Source of the DNA: an uncultured Planctomycetia bacterium
GTDB taxonomy: Bacteria; Omnitrophota; Gorgyraeia; S143-82
Assembly (NCBI GenBank): GCA_964469495.1
Contig: CAYXYY010000030.1
Coordinates: 76,262-133,102 of the forward strand
Direction of reading: 5' to 3'
DNA length: 56,841 nucleotides
Within the stretch, counting starts at the first letter, position 1. Each line of letters begins with the position of its first letter. Shown here in pieces: positions 25,382-34,906 of the stretch. The notes beneath the pieces are model-generated. The model was not told the DNA's origin. It saw nothing but the letters and a program-made list of their open reading frames with translations, and did not search any database. A program made the translations under genes and the position numbers.

Positions 25382-27118
25382 CTAACAACTCAGTAAAGGT
25401 TCTTTATAGACCTCCGGCACCATTACAGCGTCTTTAGTGCCGCGCATCTTTAGACAAATCTCATAAATATCATCCCTATGATTGGCTTGCGCGCTATCCA
25501 ACAACAGGAGACACTCGCAATAATGCTTTCTCCTTTTTCTCTCCTGTTTCGGGACGTAAACAGGCATATATATTGTCTTGGACAACCCCCTTTCTTCGAT
25601 CTTGTTGCAAAACAATCCTGCCTTTTTCAGTGCCCTGCCCAAAGAAGATGCCTTAAAAATCAACCTTACCATTTCTCCAAAAGGAGGCAAATGAAAACGC
25701 TTCTTCAAAAGGCATTCCTTTTCCAACACATCGTCATTTGTTATCTCCACAAGCCCGGTATGCACGTATAACTTCTTTTTTGCCCGGTTGGAAGCAGAAT
25801 TAATAAAACCTATGGCCAAATCCTTTGCGTAGAATACATCCAAGTTTAACACCGCATCAAGCCCTATCAATAACACATTATCAAATCTATGCGTGATATT
25901 CTGCCAATGCTCAAAAAAGTATACGCCTTTTTGCGCTTTGTCATCGTCAGATAAAGCCTCATAAACAGGCAGCCCGGATAATCTGCTCTTTATAAAATTA
26001 AGGAGCTTTTGACTGCCCCAGCCCTTCAACGTTATAGCTATTGCACGGCAGTACGTGCACTTATAGTCCCACTCTATAGCCTTATCGCACGATTTACAAA
26101 ACAAGACATCCTTCTTTCCTATCTTTTTCAACACAAACGGCCTTGAGCAAACATCACAGACCAGAGTCCTTTTACAGGAATGACAAACAATACGTTTAGC
26201 AAACGACTTTCCTATGGCAAAAACTCCCCAAGAAAGGCCATTTGCCACATCCTTTTTTATCTCTTCCTCAACAAAATAGGGAAAGGCCTTATGCGTCATG
26301 GCATCTATCGCAACGACCTCCACATTATTACGGACCTCCTCATGCAGGAAATAACGCCCGCCTCCATGTTTCGCCCTTATAAGGAGCAGGTCGCGGACAT
26401 TATATCTTGGGAATACCTCCTGTCTGTAAACGTCCAGCCACCCGTTCTCAACAAAAATCAGTTCATTTCTTAATATCGGGAAAAGGGCAAGATGCCTTGT
26501 GCCTATAACTACACACCTTTCCCTGGAAAGGGAATTTATCATCTTATCTAACTGCTTATAAACAACGTTATTATGATAGAGAAAAACATCCCCAAGTCCT
26601 CGTTGATTAAAGGCCGCGCAGAGTTCTTCTGCCTTGCGCAGACTTTCAACTATTACTAAAACTGGGCCATGATGTCCTTGCATCTGACTTAAATAATGGG
26701 CGCGAAAATCAGACAATCCGGATTTGTGGATTATAAACTCCCCTTGTGATGCGAGTTTTAAATGGGGTAAAGAGGGAAAATCTCTTTTGGCGACTGACTT
26801 TAGTGCCCTTGGCAATGCCCCAATCACCATTTCGCCATGGCCTGCCATAAAGGCCTCCGCCGACTCCATAAGAAAATCCAAACACACGTTTGAAAACCAC
26901 GGCCGTGAATCCAGAACATCAATGATGCCGCGCACTTTAGCGCTTGGCAGGTGCGAATCAGCCATAGTTTTAACCACAACTGCCAAGGCCATCTTGCGGC
27001 CAAAGGGCACCCTTACGCGGCTGCCAATTACAACCTCATGGCCGCCTGTTTTATAATCGAACAACTTATTCACAGGCGCATCAACCAAAACCTTGCACAC
27101 TTTATTATGAGAAGCCAT
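25382..27118 (-). CDS. priA: Primosomal protein N' with degenerate helicase motifs
   Basis: 3'-DNA binding domain (LFDY..GSRVRVPFG), VIGTRH, RQEVFPRYNVRD, four CxxC Zn ligand pairs, GWGSQK, FHLPPF; no Walker A or DEEH. Confidence 0.85.
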   Translation of the reverse strand: MASHNKVCKVLVDAPVNKLFDYKTGGHEVVIGSRVRVPFGRKMALAVVVKTMADSHLPSAKVRGIIDVLDSRPWFSNVCLDFLMESAEAFMAGHGEMVIGALPRALKSVAKRDFPSLPHLKLASQGEFIIHKSGLSDFRAHYLSQMQGHHGPVLVIVESLRKAEELCAAFNQRGLGDVFLYHNNVVYKQLDKMINSLSRERCVVIGTRHLALFPILRNELIFVENGWLDVYRQEVFPRYNVRDLLLIRAKHGGGRYFLHEEVRNNVEVVAIDAMTHKAFPYFVEEEIKKDVANGLSWGVFAIGKSFAKRIVCHSCKRTLVCDVCSRPFVLKKIGKKDVLFCKSCDKAIEWDYKCTYCRAIAITLKGWGSQKLLNFIKSRLSGLPVYEALSDDDKAQKGVYFFEHWQNITHRFDNVLLIGLDAVLNLDVFYAKDLAIGFINSASNRAKKKLYVHTGLVEITNDDVLEKECLLKKRFHLPPFGEMVRLIFKASSLGRALKKAGLFCNKIEERGLSKTIYMPVYVPKQERKRRKHYCECLLLLDSAQANHRDDIYEICLKMRGTKDAVMVPEVYKEPLLSC

Positions 27119-27122
27119 AGCA

Positions 27123-30100
27123 CTATCTTTCCACGCGAAGAGGCCCTTTATGCAATCTCACTTTGCCATCTTTTATAGAGAGATAGCATCTATGCTCTGC
27201 CAATTTATTCCCTCTATCATCTGATATCTGCACAACGACAGGCAATTTGGTGAACAAAACTGCCAAAAGCTGTTTTTTGCTCATTCCTTCAAAATAATCC
27301 AGATCTCCACTAAAGGCCTTTGACATTGCTGCGCATAATTCTTTCTTCTTCTTTCTTTTATACTCCATCACGTTGAGAGGCATTGTGACCTTCACGTCAA
27401 CTATCGCGGCATTCCCTGTCAACTCATTGGCAAGATCCCAAAACTCTTTTTTTAACCGAAGAGAAGAAGGTAAAACCCCTCCTCTTTCTCGTAAAAGCTC
27501 TTCTAAAAAGACGTCTCCCATATTAAACCTCACCCTGTATTCAACAGCGAGAGGAGCAACACATACTATTTTCTCAAGAGAACGCTTAAAAGCAAAAGGA
27601 AGGAGGTCTGCTTTTACAAACAATCCTTCGCTTTTTAATTTCGAATTCATCTCTTCTATTTCTTCAGTGGTTAAGTCTACTGCGTCCGGGATTGCGATAG
27701 AGTACAGCAGAGTGCCTTCCTTTAGAGAAAGATACTCAATCACAAAATCGTCCATCTCTATGCCTATATTTTTCAAATGCATAGACAAATCCGCCATACG
27801 GGCAAGGAAACTTACGTGCCCTTCATCCTCTGCCACAAAAGAATAATAAGTCGAGGCCGGAACAAACGCAGTATATTTATCTGCCTTAATAATGCGAGAC
27901 GTTATTTCCGGATAAGATGAGTCCAAAAACTCACAATTTTCCATCAAGGAAGCCCTCTTAAACAAGGCCTTTACCACGTCCTTATAGACCAAACGGCTTT
28001 GTCCCGACAACACATCCCTTTCTGCCACAGGCATGTCAAATGGCAAAATCTTCTGTTTATACGGGAAATACCTTTTGCCTGCGCTTGAAAAGCGAACCTG
28101 TTTAAATTCTCCATTAAACATCTTATTAGATCCTGAATTTAAAGGCATATCTTTTGGTTTTACGAGCGTGTTCTCATTCGCAATAACAAACATGGCCTTA
28201 TGAAACGAAAATGCGTCTAATAATACAGATGTTATCGCATCCGGATAAAACACCTGTGAATTAGAGGAGATAAAGGGGATTTTGATATCTTGCATCATCC
28301 AGTAGACAGATATGCCGCTTCTAAAACCTAAACATTTTATCAAAAGCGGAAGCCATTTAACAGCCCTTCCTCCGGGAACAAAAATACCGCCACGCCTTAT
28401 GGATTTCAGCATTTCTGAATTCAGCTCTCCTGCCGGAATAATCCGTATGTTTTTCAATGCCAAGATCCTCTGAACCGCAGACCATTGAGGCGCATCAGAC
28501 AAAACGATTCCGCCCTGTGGCATCTTACGCCATAAATTAACAAGCCTTTTCGCCTGATAAATGGCCTCCGCTTCTATCTCCAGATCATTAAAATACCTCT
28601 GTTCCATCGTTCTAAGATAATCTATATCCTTATACGCCAAGTCAAAATCAAAATCGCTATTTAAAGCAACGATTTGTTTCATATCAGGCCGCACAGGCCG
28701 TTTGTTGGGCAAACGCATCATTATCAAACCATCTGATATATCGTCTAATCGTTCATTAAGAACAGATTTGGACCTTAAGAATCTGGCCATATCAGTAGAG
28801 ATAGAATTTGCCAATGATACGACATAGTAAACAGAATCTTTGTTTGATTCAAACAATCGAGAGTCTATCCCCCGCAACCCAACGACAATATGGAGACCCT
28901 TATGGGACATGAAAGCATCAACACCTTCTGTCAAAACAAGCCTATTTTTTTCAATAGAACCCCTTATATCCATCTCAGGAATAACAGCATCGCTTACAGA
29001 GATCAGGTGCTGTAAAATATCTTCGTCTACGTAAAATAATCCGTCGGAAATAAGCGCAATAGAGACCTTTTTGTCAAGCTCCTTACACAAAATAGCGCCT
29101 GCCATAAGTGCGGCAGCCGATCCAAACGATCCTTTTGCAAGAATAGAAATCTCTTCTGATTCCTTGATATCCTTTGCCATATTAAATCTGTTATCCTGAA
29201 AAAGGGTTCTTCTTGATTCTATTGATGCAACATATAACGGCACGTCTTTAAAATTCGGTATGGCCGCTAACAGGGGCTTGGCAGAACCTTTTATCAGCCA
29301 GTCAATGCTTGAATCGACAGGAAAGTCTTTTATTGCTTTGATTTTTACCAAAAAAGACAAAACCTGCGACGCAATATCCAAACGAGTTTTAGAAAGTTCC
29401 ACCATTTCGACAGGCGCAAGGATACGTAAAACCTGCGCATAACTGCGTTGAAAAATGGATAATAACTCCTTATCCTCTCCAAGATCCGTATAGGCTTCTA
29501 AGAAATTCCCGCCCAAAGAAAAGAAATACTGCCACTGGCAATATAAAATCAACATCTCCTCTATGGCCCTGTCCTTTGGCATGCGGCCATAGGCCAGATA
29601 AAATGCCTCAAAAAGAGAGCCGAATTTATCTTCTTGGGCACCTAATCGTTTCTTAAATTCCCTTAAAATAGGCTTAACCCTCTCATCTCTTGAAATAGCG
29701 GCATGCAAACCTTCATGGAATCTGACCATTGCCTCTATCTGTCTGCCTGATATAGGTTCTTGCATGTTAAAATAAAGGGAAAACGCATCAGCCAAACTAT
29801 TCCACATCTCCCTGACGGCATCTCTATTAAGCGGCGCTATCTCAAAAAACAATCTCATTTTCCTCGCCTTAATATCCCACATCCCCGGCCCATAACTCTT
29901 AATAAAATCCCAAACTGATTTGGGAATATTCACTCTCTCGCGTAAAGATGCAATCCATTTATCCCTAACAACGATCGGCATACAAAATGCCTTTGCCCGC
30001 AAACTAAAATTCGTCAGGTAATCAACCGTTTTGACATACGTCTTACCCGGGGCAAGGGACAACAATGGCAGGACAGGCATATAAACAGAATTCGTATGGC

Positions 30101-30854
30101 GATAATTTATTATCGGTTTTATAACACTGAAGTCCGGCACGTTTCTGCCTAAGGGATATACGAACCTGACATCAACATGGCCTTTCAATTCCTTTTCCAA
30201 TTTCTCAAAATGATAACCGCCGATAACAGCAACATAAAGTCCGGGGTAATCCTGAATCTCATTGAGAATGGTTTTCGCAAAGGCAAGAGTCCTCTCGTCA
30301 GCGCTGTCATAAAAATCAACCACAGGTTTTATCCCGGGCAGATAATCTAAATTATCTATAGATCGCAACGCCTTCCAGCGTTGATACGAAAGTCTCAACC
30401 GCATTGCATCAAATAAAATTTTATCCAGCAATACCGTTGAGGAAAACATTCCGAATAAGGCATTATAAGAGGCCGATTCTTTTACAAGAGAAATATACGC
30501 ACCCAAAGCCTTAAGGTAAACGCCCGGATTTTCTATGCCTATGGCTTTGACATGATTTTTGTATGCAAAAAACTCTGCGCCTGATAAAAGTCCCAAATCC
30601 AAAAGGCGCTTGGCTTGTTTCTCTGTCCTTAAAAAAGAAAAATCACTCTTTCCAAAACCGCCTTCCAAAAATATACCATCTATTTCTTTGGCCTTATTGA
30701 TAGCATCTAATCTCTCATATATGGCCTTCTGCACGTAAGGATTATTATGGATATCAGCTATTATGATTAATTGCGTTTTTGCCGCAAAAGCAGCAGAACA
30801 CAGAAAAAACACGAAGGCAATAACATAATAAAAAATAAAATTTCTACGTCTCAT
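27123..30854 (-). CDS. Large exported multidomain protein (1243 aa) with TraB/ChaN/EreA-like N-domain and HExxH motif; function unknown
   Basis: Sec signal MRRRNFIFYYVIAFVFFLCSAAFA; ADIH36, LE64G, GIE108, GGYH215; HEGLH at aa 380-384; uninterrupted 3.7-kb ORF. Confidence 0.85.
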   Translation of the reverse strand: MRRRNFIFYYVIAFVFFLCSAAFAAKTQLIIIADIHNNPYVQKAIYERLDAINKAKEIDGIFLEGGFGKSDFSFLRTEKQAKRLLDLGLLSGAEFFAYKNHVKAIGIENPGVYLKALGAYISLVKESASYNALFGMFSSTVLLDKILFDAMRLRLSYQRWKALRSIDNLDYLPGIKPVVDFYDSADERTLAFAKTILNEIQDYPGLYVAVIGGYHFEKLEKELKGHVDVRFVYPLGRNVPDFSVIKPIINYRHTNSVYMPVLPLLSLAPGKTYVKTVDYLTNFSLRAKAFCMPIVVRDKWIASLRERVNIPKSVWDFIKSYGPGMWDIKARKMRLFFEIAPLNRDAVREMWNSLADAFSLYFNMQEPISGRQIEAMVRFHEGLHAAISRDERVKPILREFKKRLGAQEDKFGSLFEAFYLAYGRMPKDRAIEEMLILYCQWQYFFSLGGNFLEAYTDLGEDKELLSIFQRSYAQVLRILAPVEMVELSKTRLDIASQVLSFLVKIKAIKDFPVDSSIDWLIKGSAKPLLAAIPNFKDVPLYVASIESRRTLFQDNRFNMAKDIKESEEISILAKGSFGSAAALMAGAILCKELDKKVSIALISDGLFYVDEDILQHLISVSDAVIPEMDIRGSIEKNRLVLTEGVDAFMSHKGLHIVVGLRGIDSRLFESNKDSVYYVVSLANSISTDMARFLRSKSVLNERLDDISDGLIMMRLPNKRPVRPDMKQIVALNSDFDFDLAYKDIDYLRTMEQRYFNDLEIEAEAIYQAKRLVNLWRKMPQGGIVLSDAPQWSAVQRILALKNIRIIPAGELNSEMLKSIRRGGIFVPGGRAVKWLPLLIKCLGFRSGISVYWMMQDIKIPFISSNSQVFYPDAITSVLLDAFSFHKAMFVIANENTLVKPKDMPLNSGSNKMFNGEFKQVRFSSAGKRYFPYKQKILPFDMPVAERDVLSGQSRLVYKDVVKALFKRASLMENCEFLDSSYPEITSRIIKADKYTAFVPASTYYSFVAEDEGHVSFLARMADLSMHLKNIGIEMDDFVIEYLSLKEGTLLYSIAIPDAVDLTTEEIEEMNSKLKSEGLFVKADLLPFAFKRSLEKIVCVAPLAVEYRVRFNMGDVFLEELLRERGGVLPSSLRLKKEFWDLANELTGNAAIVDVKVTMPLNVMEYKRKKKKELCAAMSKAFSGDLDYFEGMSKKQLLAVLFTKLPVVVQISDDRGNKLAEHRCYLSIKDGKVRLHKGPLRVER

Positions 30855-30861
30855 ATAAAAT

Positions 30862-30870
30862 ATTATAACA
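30862..30870 (-). promoter_or_regulatory. Extended -10 placed for a leaderless transcript of the 1243-aa gene
   Basis: TGT-TATAAT-ATTTTAT-ATG; no SD. Confidence 0.55.
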
Positions 30871-30909
30871 GATGATCAGATAAACCATACAATTTTGTAT
30901 ATCCTACAA

Positions 30910-31800
30910 TCAATGCCTTGTTGTTGATATATACTTGAAACCTCCATCGGCAAATATTCCGACTATATTTCTGCCCTTAAATTCGCTTCTCTTGGACAAC
31001 TCACACATCGCCCACATAACAGCGCCGCTGGATATCCCCGCAAAAATACCCTCTGCTCTTGACAACAATCCCATATACTCAAACGCCTGCTCATCCTTAA
31101 CGTATAACACCTCGTCAACAACCGACATATCCAATGTCCTAGGAGTAAATCCCGCGCCTATGCCCTGTATCTTATGGGGAAAAGACCGTGGCAATACACC
31201 TGTAATCTTTATACGTTTATCCCTTGCCTTCAAAAACTTGCCTATACCGCTGATCGTGCCTCCTGTTCCTATTGCGCAGACAACAGCATCTATATCGCCT
31301 TTCATCTGCTCCCATAATTCAGGGCCTGTCGTCGTAAAATGCGCCATTGGATTCGCAGGGTTCTCGAATTGTTTCAACTCAACACAATTATCATCCAGCG
31401 CCAGTTTCCTCGCTGTTTTCACCGCGCCTTCCATCCCCTCATCTGAGCTAGTTAGAACCAGCTCAGCGCCCAAATATTCCAAGACCTTTCTGCGTTCAAC
31501 AGACATGTTTTCGGGCATGACAATCTTACAACGGTAGCCTTTGACTGCGCAGACAAAAGCTATGCCTATCCCGGTATTGCCGCTCGTCGCCTCAACAATA
31601 ACCGTATCCTTTTCCAAACTGCCCTGCCTCTCCAAATCCTCTATCATCTTTAAGGCTATGCGCTCCTTTATACTGCCAAGAGGATTAAAAAACTCCAGCT
31701 TTGCATATAATACGCCGTTGTCCTGACCTGCAAGCGCATTACTTAACCGCACCAAAGGCGTATTGCCTACCTGCTTTAATATACCGGATTGCAAAAACAT
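30910..31800 (-). CDS. cysK: Cysteine synthase (O-acetylserine sulfhydrylase)
   Basis: VGNTPLVRL, KLEFFNPLGSIKER (PLP Lys), EATSGNTGIG, IGTGGT, HKIQGIG. Confidence 0.93.
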   Translation of the reverse strand: MFLQSGILKQVGNTPLVRLSNALAGQDNGVLYAKLEFFNPLGSIKERIALKMIEDLERQGSLEKDTVIVEATSGNTGIGIAFVCAVKGYRCKIVMPENMSVERRKVLEYLGAELVLTSSDEGMEGAVKTARKLALDDNCVELKQFENPANPMAHFTTTGPELWEQMKGDIDAVVCAIGTGGTISGIGKFLKARDKRIKITGVLPRSFPHKIQGIGAGFTPRTLDMSVVDEVLYVKDEQAFEYMGLLSRAEGIFAGISSGAVMWAMCELSKRSEFKGRNIVGIFADGGFKYISTTRH

Positions 31801-31805
31801 AATTT

Positions 31806-33140
31806 CTAATCTTGCTGTGATAGTATAGCCTCTGAGCAGGCAACCAATAGATTGTTTGCCGGGAAAAATGACTGATACGGCTGGGCGGAATAACTAAACG
31901 CCGCCAACTCCTTTGCGTTTACCCCATATTCAATTGCCATAGTAATAATGTCCACTTTATCCGTCACCGGCATGCCGCTGATAACCTGGCCTCCTAATAT
32001 CCTTAACGTTCCTTTCTCCGCCAGCAATTTCATCTTTATCTTTTTAGCGCCGGGCATAACAGGAAAGATGGTCGTCAATTCTGCCTCTCCCTTTATATAC
32101 GGGATATTTTCTTTTTGCAAAAAACCCTCTGTCAATCCGGTTCCTCCAACAAAAAAGTCTTCCACCTTTGTGGCAGCGCCGTTAAAAAATCCCTTATACG
32201 AACGGTCATCTCCAAGCAGGTTTTTTGCAAGCATCCTTGCCATAGGAACGGCATTTGTGGCAAGTTTACCGGGCATTAATTGGCCTGTTATTGCGCTCTT
32301 AAACTGCGCACAGTCGCCAACCGCATAAACATCCGGAATATTGGTGCGCATCTTTTCGTCCACCACTATGCCTTGCGGGCCAATTTCAAGCACTGTGTCC
32401 CTGAACAAATCCACATTCGCCTTGACGCCCACGGAAAAAACAACAACAGAACCGTCCTTCAGGGATATTTTTTCAGATGAATCCAAAACGATTTCATTGA
32501 CAAAATCACCGCCTTTAAGCGCGCTGACCTTCGAGTTCAAGCGCGAAATAATACCCTTGGCCTTTATAGCATCCTGCGCTGGAGCGGCGAAATCGGCATC
32601 CACTAAATTAGGCAATATGTGATCCGCCATATCTATCAGGTACGCATCCAAACCTGTTTCGTTGAAGGCCTGAACAAGTTCTATTCCTATTGCCCCGGCC
32701 CCTATGACAACACCATTCCTAACCCCCTTTTCTTTAACATAAGTCAATATATCCGACAAATCCTTTTGTGTCTTAAAAGTAAATACTCCGGGCAAATCAA
32801 CACCATCAATAGGCGGCAGGATAGGGGTTCCGCCTGTTGCAATTATAAGCGTTTTATAAACCAGCTCCCGGCCTGATTTTAAAAACAGTTTCTTTGCCTC
32901 AAAATCCACTTTTACGACTTCATCCCTTATCAAGTCTGCGCCGGAACCTGTTACAAGCTCATCTTTTTTAAACGTCTTTTCTATAGGCAAAATCCCTTCT
33001 ATAACGTAAGGCATTGCGCAGTATATCATTGAATAATCTTCCGGGCGAATAATCGCGATAGCCTTTTTCTTTCCCAAATTCTTGGCAAGGGTTATGCCTG
33101 AAGGGCCTCCTCCAATTACTATAATTTCATATTCCTTCAT
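31806..33140 (-). CDS. FAD-dependent pyridine nucleotide-disulfide oxidoreductase (NADH oxidase/CoA-disulfide reductase family)
   Basis: IIVIGGGPSG, single redox Cys YCAMPY, VIGAGAIG, YAVGDC, SYSAQP; SD AGGAGG before the ATG at 33140. Confidence 0.9.
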   Translation of the reverse strand: MKEYEIIVIGGGPSGITLAKNLGKKKAIAIIRPEDYSMIYCAMPYVIEGILPIEKTFKKDELVTGSGADLIRDEVVKVDFEAKKLFLKSGRELVYKTLIIATGGTPILPPIDGVDLPGVFTFKTQKDLSDILTYVKEKGVRNGVVIGAGAIGIELVQAFNETGLDAYLIDMADHILPNLVDADFAAPAQDAIKAKGIISRLNSKVSALKGGDFVNEIVLDSSEKISLKDGSVVVFSVGVKANVDLFRDTVLEIGPQGIVVDEKMRTNIPDVYAVGDCAQFKSAITGQLMPGKLATNAVPMARMLAKNLLGDDRSYKGFFNGAATKVEDFFVGGTGLTEGFLQKENIPYIKGEAELTTIFPVMPGAKKIKMKLLAEKGTLRILGGQVISGMPVTDKVDIITMAIEYGVNAKELAAFSYSAQPYQSFFPANNLLVACSEAILSQQD

Positions 33141-33221
33141 ATCTATCCTCCTTACATTTAAAACTCCATACCGCACATTTATACAATTTTATATTTTACC
33201 GGCCAGCAAGACAATGAAATT

Positions 33222-34121
33222 TTAACCATCAAACAAAACCCTGTCTTTCATCCTGCAAACAGAACAAAGGCCGGCCGTCGTGGGATAACCACACCTCTGG
33301 CATGGCTGCAAAATGGAATCTGTCTCCATCATAAAGCCTTCTCTTCGTTTTTTATCCAAAAACCCCTTTAGATATCTGTACATACTACCCGGCCTTTTCT
33401 CATCTATCTCCATTAACTTGCGCTTAAGAAAAATACTGCTTGCGCCTTTGGCGTAAGGACAGCCTTCCTCATAATATTCTATTCCCTTAAAAAAACAATA
33501 TGCCGCTGTCTCTTTTTCCGATACGTATATCAAAGGCTTCACCTTTTTTGCAAAATTGAGTTCCGCAGGCAAAACGGGATACTGCCTGCTCATATAAGAG
33601 ACATCCCACCTCAAGTTATTAGCAAACAGACTTGCCGCCTCGTCATTTAACGTATGCCCTGTTGCAACAACGTCAAACTCCCTGCCTCTTTGATTAAAAA
33701 AATATCTCTTTAAAGTCCCGCAATAAGAACAGGCAGGCCGATTCATCTTCCTGCTTATTTCAGGCAGACTTGCGCCAAAGACGTCTGATAAGAAGTCCAT
33801 AATAACAGGGACGTCGAACCTCTTGGAAAAACGTTCAATCATATTCCTTGCAGATAGAGACATCGGCTCTATTCCCAAATCCAAAAAATAACCACAAACA
33901 GAAAAACCCAAGTCCTTTAAGATGTGCAGCAACGCAAGGGAATCTTTCCCGCCCGAAACCGCAACCAAGATTTTTTCTTCCGAAGAAAACATGCGAAACT
34001 TTTCAACAGCGCGAATGACACGTCTTTTCACAAATGAGATAAAATCCTCACGGCACAACCGCAGCCCATATGACTTTAGAAATATTTCCGCCTCGTTCTT
34101 CTTACATAATTTACACCGCAT
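33222..34121 (-). CDS. ttuA: tRNA 2-thiolation enzyme, TtuA/Ncs6 type (two Zn fingers)
   Basis: N-terminal CKLC..LC, PP-loop SGGKDS, CSYCGTLKR, GHTLND, CPYA, C-terminal CQRC..CSVC. Confidence 0.82.
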   Translation of the reverse strand: MRCKLCKKNEAEIFLKSYGLRLCREDFISFVKRRVIRAVEKFRMFSSEEKILVAVSGGKDSLALLHILKDLGFSVCGYFLDLGIEPMSLSARNMIERFSKRFDVPVIMDFLSDVFGASLPEISRKMNRPACSYCGTLKRYFFNQRGREFDVVATGHTLNDEAASLFANNLRWDVSYMSRQYPVLPAELNFAKKVKPLIYVSEKETAAYCFFKGIEYYEEGCPYAKGASSIFLKRKLMEIDEKRPGSMYRYLKGFLDKKRREGFMMETDSILQPCQRCGYPTTAGLCSVCRMKDRVLFDG

Positions 34122-34125
34122 TTGA

Positions 34126-34335
34126 TCAACCTCTTGATAGAACGATGAGTATTTTCCACTCGCTATCATCCTGATACACCGCATTTAACAGCAGCAATTT
34201 ATTATTCTTCTCGTCTATCACTATCACCTCATCCTCCAACAAATTCAACTTTATCAAAATTTCACGCAATTTCATGCCGGGAGACACAAAAGAAAAATCA
34301 TTGGATACGGTATCTGGGGAAATTGTTATAGGCAT
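34126..34335 (-). CDS. ThiS/MoaD/TtuB-like ubiquitin-fold sulfur carrier, ending in LSRG
   Basis: 69 aa, beta-grasp-like pattern (KLREILIKLNL..EVIVI..D..KILIVLSRG), directly upstream of ttuA. Confidence 0.7.
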   Translation of the reverse strand: MPITISPDTVSNDFSFVSPGMKLREILIKLNLLEDEVIVIDEKNNKLLLLNAVYQDDSEWKILIVLSRG

Positions 34336-34342
34336 ATTGACT

Positions 34343-34903
34343 TCAATACTTGTAAGTAAATCCTAAGACATAACCTTCGGTATCTATCCCATCATTTGGC
34401 TTTTGAATACCTGCATTTGAAAAATGCCTAACGCGAAATTCCAAATTAATAGACTTTTTATCATCCAAGACCCAGCGCAGTCCCAAAGCGCCTGTGCTGA
34501 AAAAATTCCACTGCGTTGCCTGTTCTTTCGTATGCTGTGTCGTATATCCGGGTCCGGTGCCTATCTTGAAATATGGAATAAACCTTTCAGTAACAGGGAA
34601 GCCCATCATAAACATAAAACTCACTCCGAACTCAACATTATTATCCGGCGCAATAACAGGATTTGCAAAAAACTCTATCTGAAATTCCAAAATTCCTGCT
34701 TCTAATTGTTCTGCCTGCGGACGGATCTCATACCCCAATGCGATAAACAGCGGTGTAATCTGATAACTGTCTCCCCTGTTTTTCAAATTGTCTTCCTCCA
34801 TAAAACCCGACGCAACTGTTATAGAAGAAGGAGACGGCAGGGCAAAACACTGCCCGAAAAAGAGGAATGAAGAAAACAAAATCAATGGAAACCTTTTTAA
34901 CAC
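34343..34903 (-). CDS. Acyloxyacyl hydrolase / lipid A 3-O-deacylase (PagL family), outer-membrane beta-barrel
   Basis: Signal peptide, alternating beta strands, catalytic RHFSNAGI..PNDGID, terminal aromatic residue (YKY). Confidence 0.85.
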   Translation of the reverse strand: MLKRFPLILFSSFLFFGQCFALPSPSSITVASGFMEEDNLKNRGDSYQITPLFIALGYEIRPQAEQLEAGILEFQIEFFANPVIAPDNNVEFGVSFMFMMGFPVTERFIPYFKIGTGPGYTTQHTKEQATQWNFFSTGALGLRWVLDDKKSINLEFRVRHFSNAGIQKPNDGIDTEGYVLGFTYKY

Positions 34904-34906
34904 TTA

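Noticed and set aside
33222-34184. Calling this gene ttcA, or using the longer start at 34184
   Set aside because: N- and C-terminal Zn fingers and the adjacent carrier fit TtuA/Ncs6; the longer start overlaps the carrier gene.
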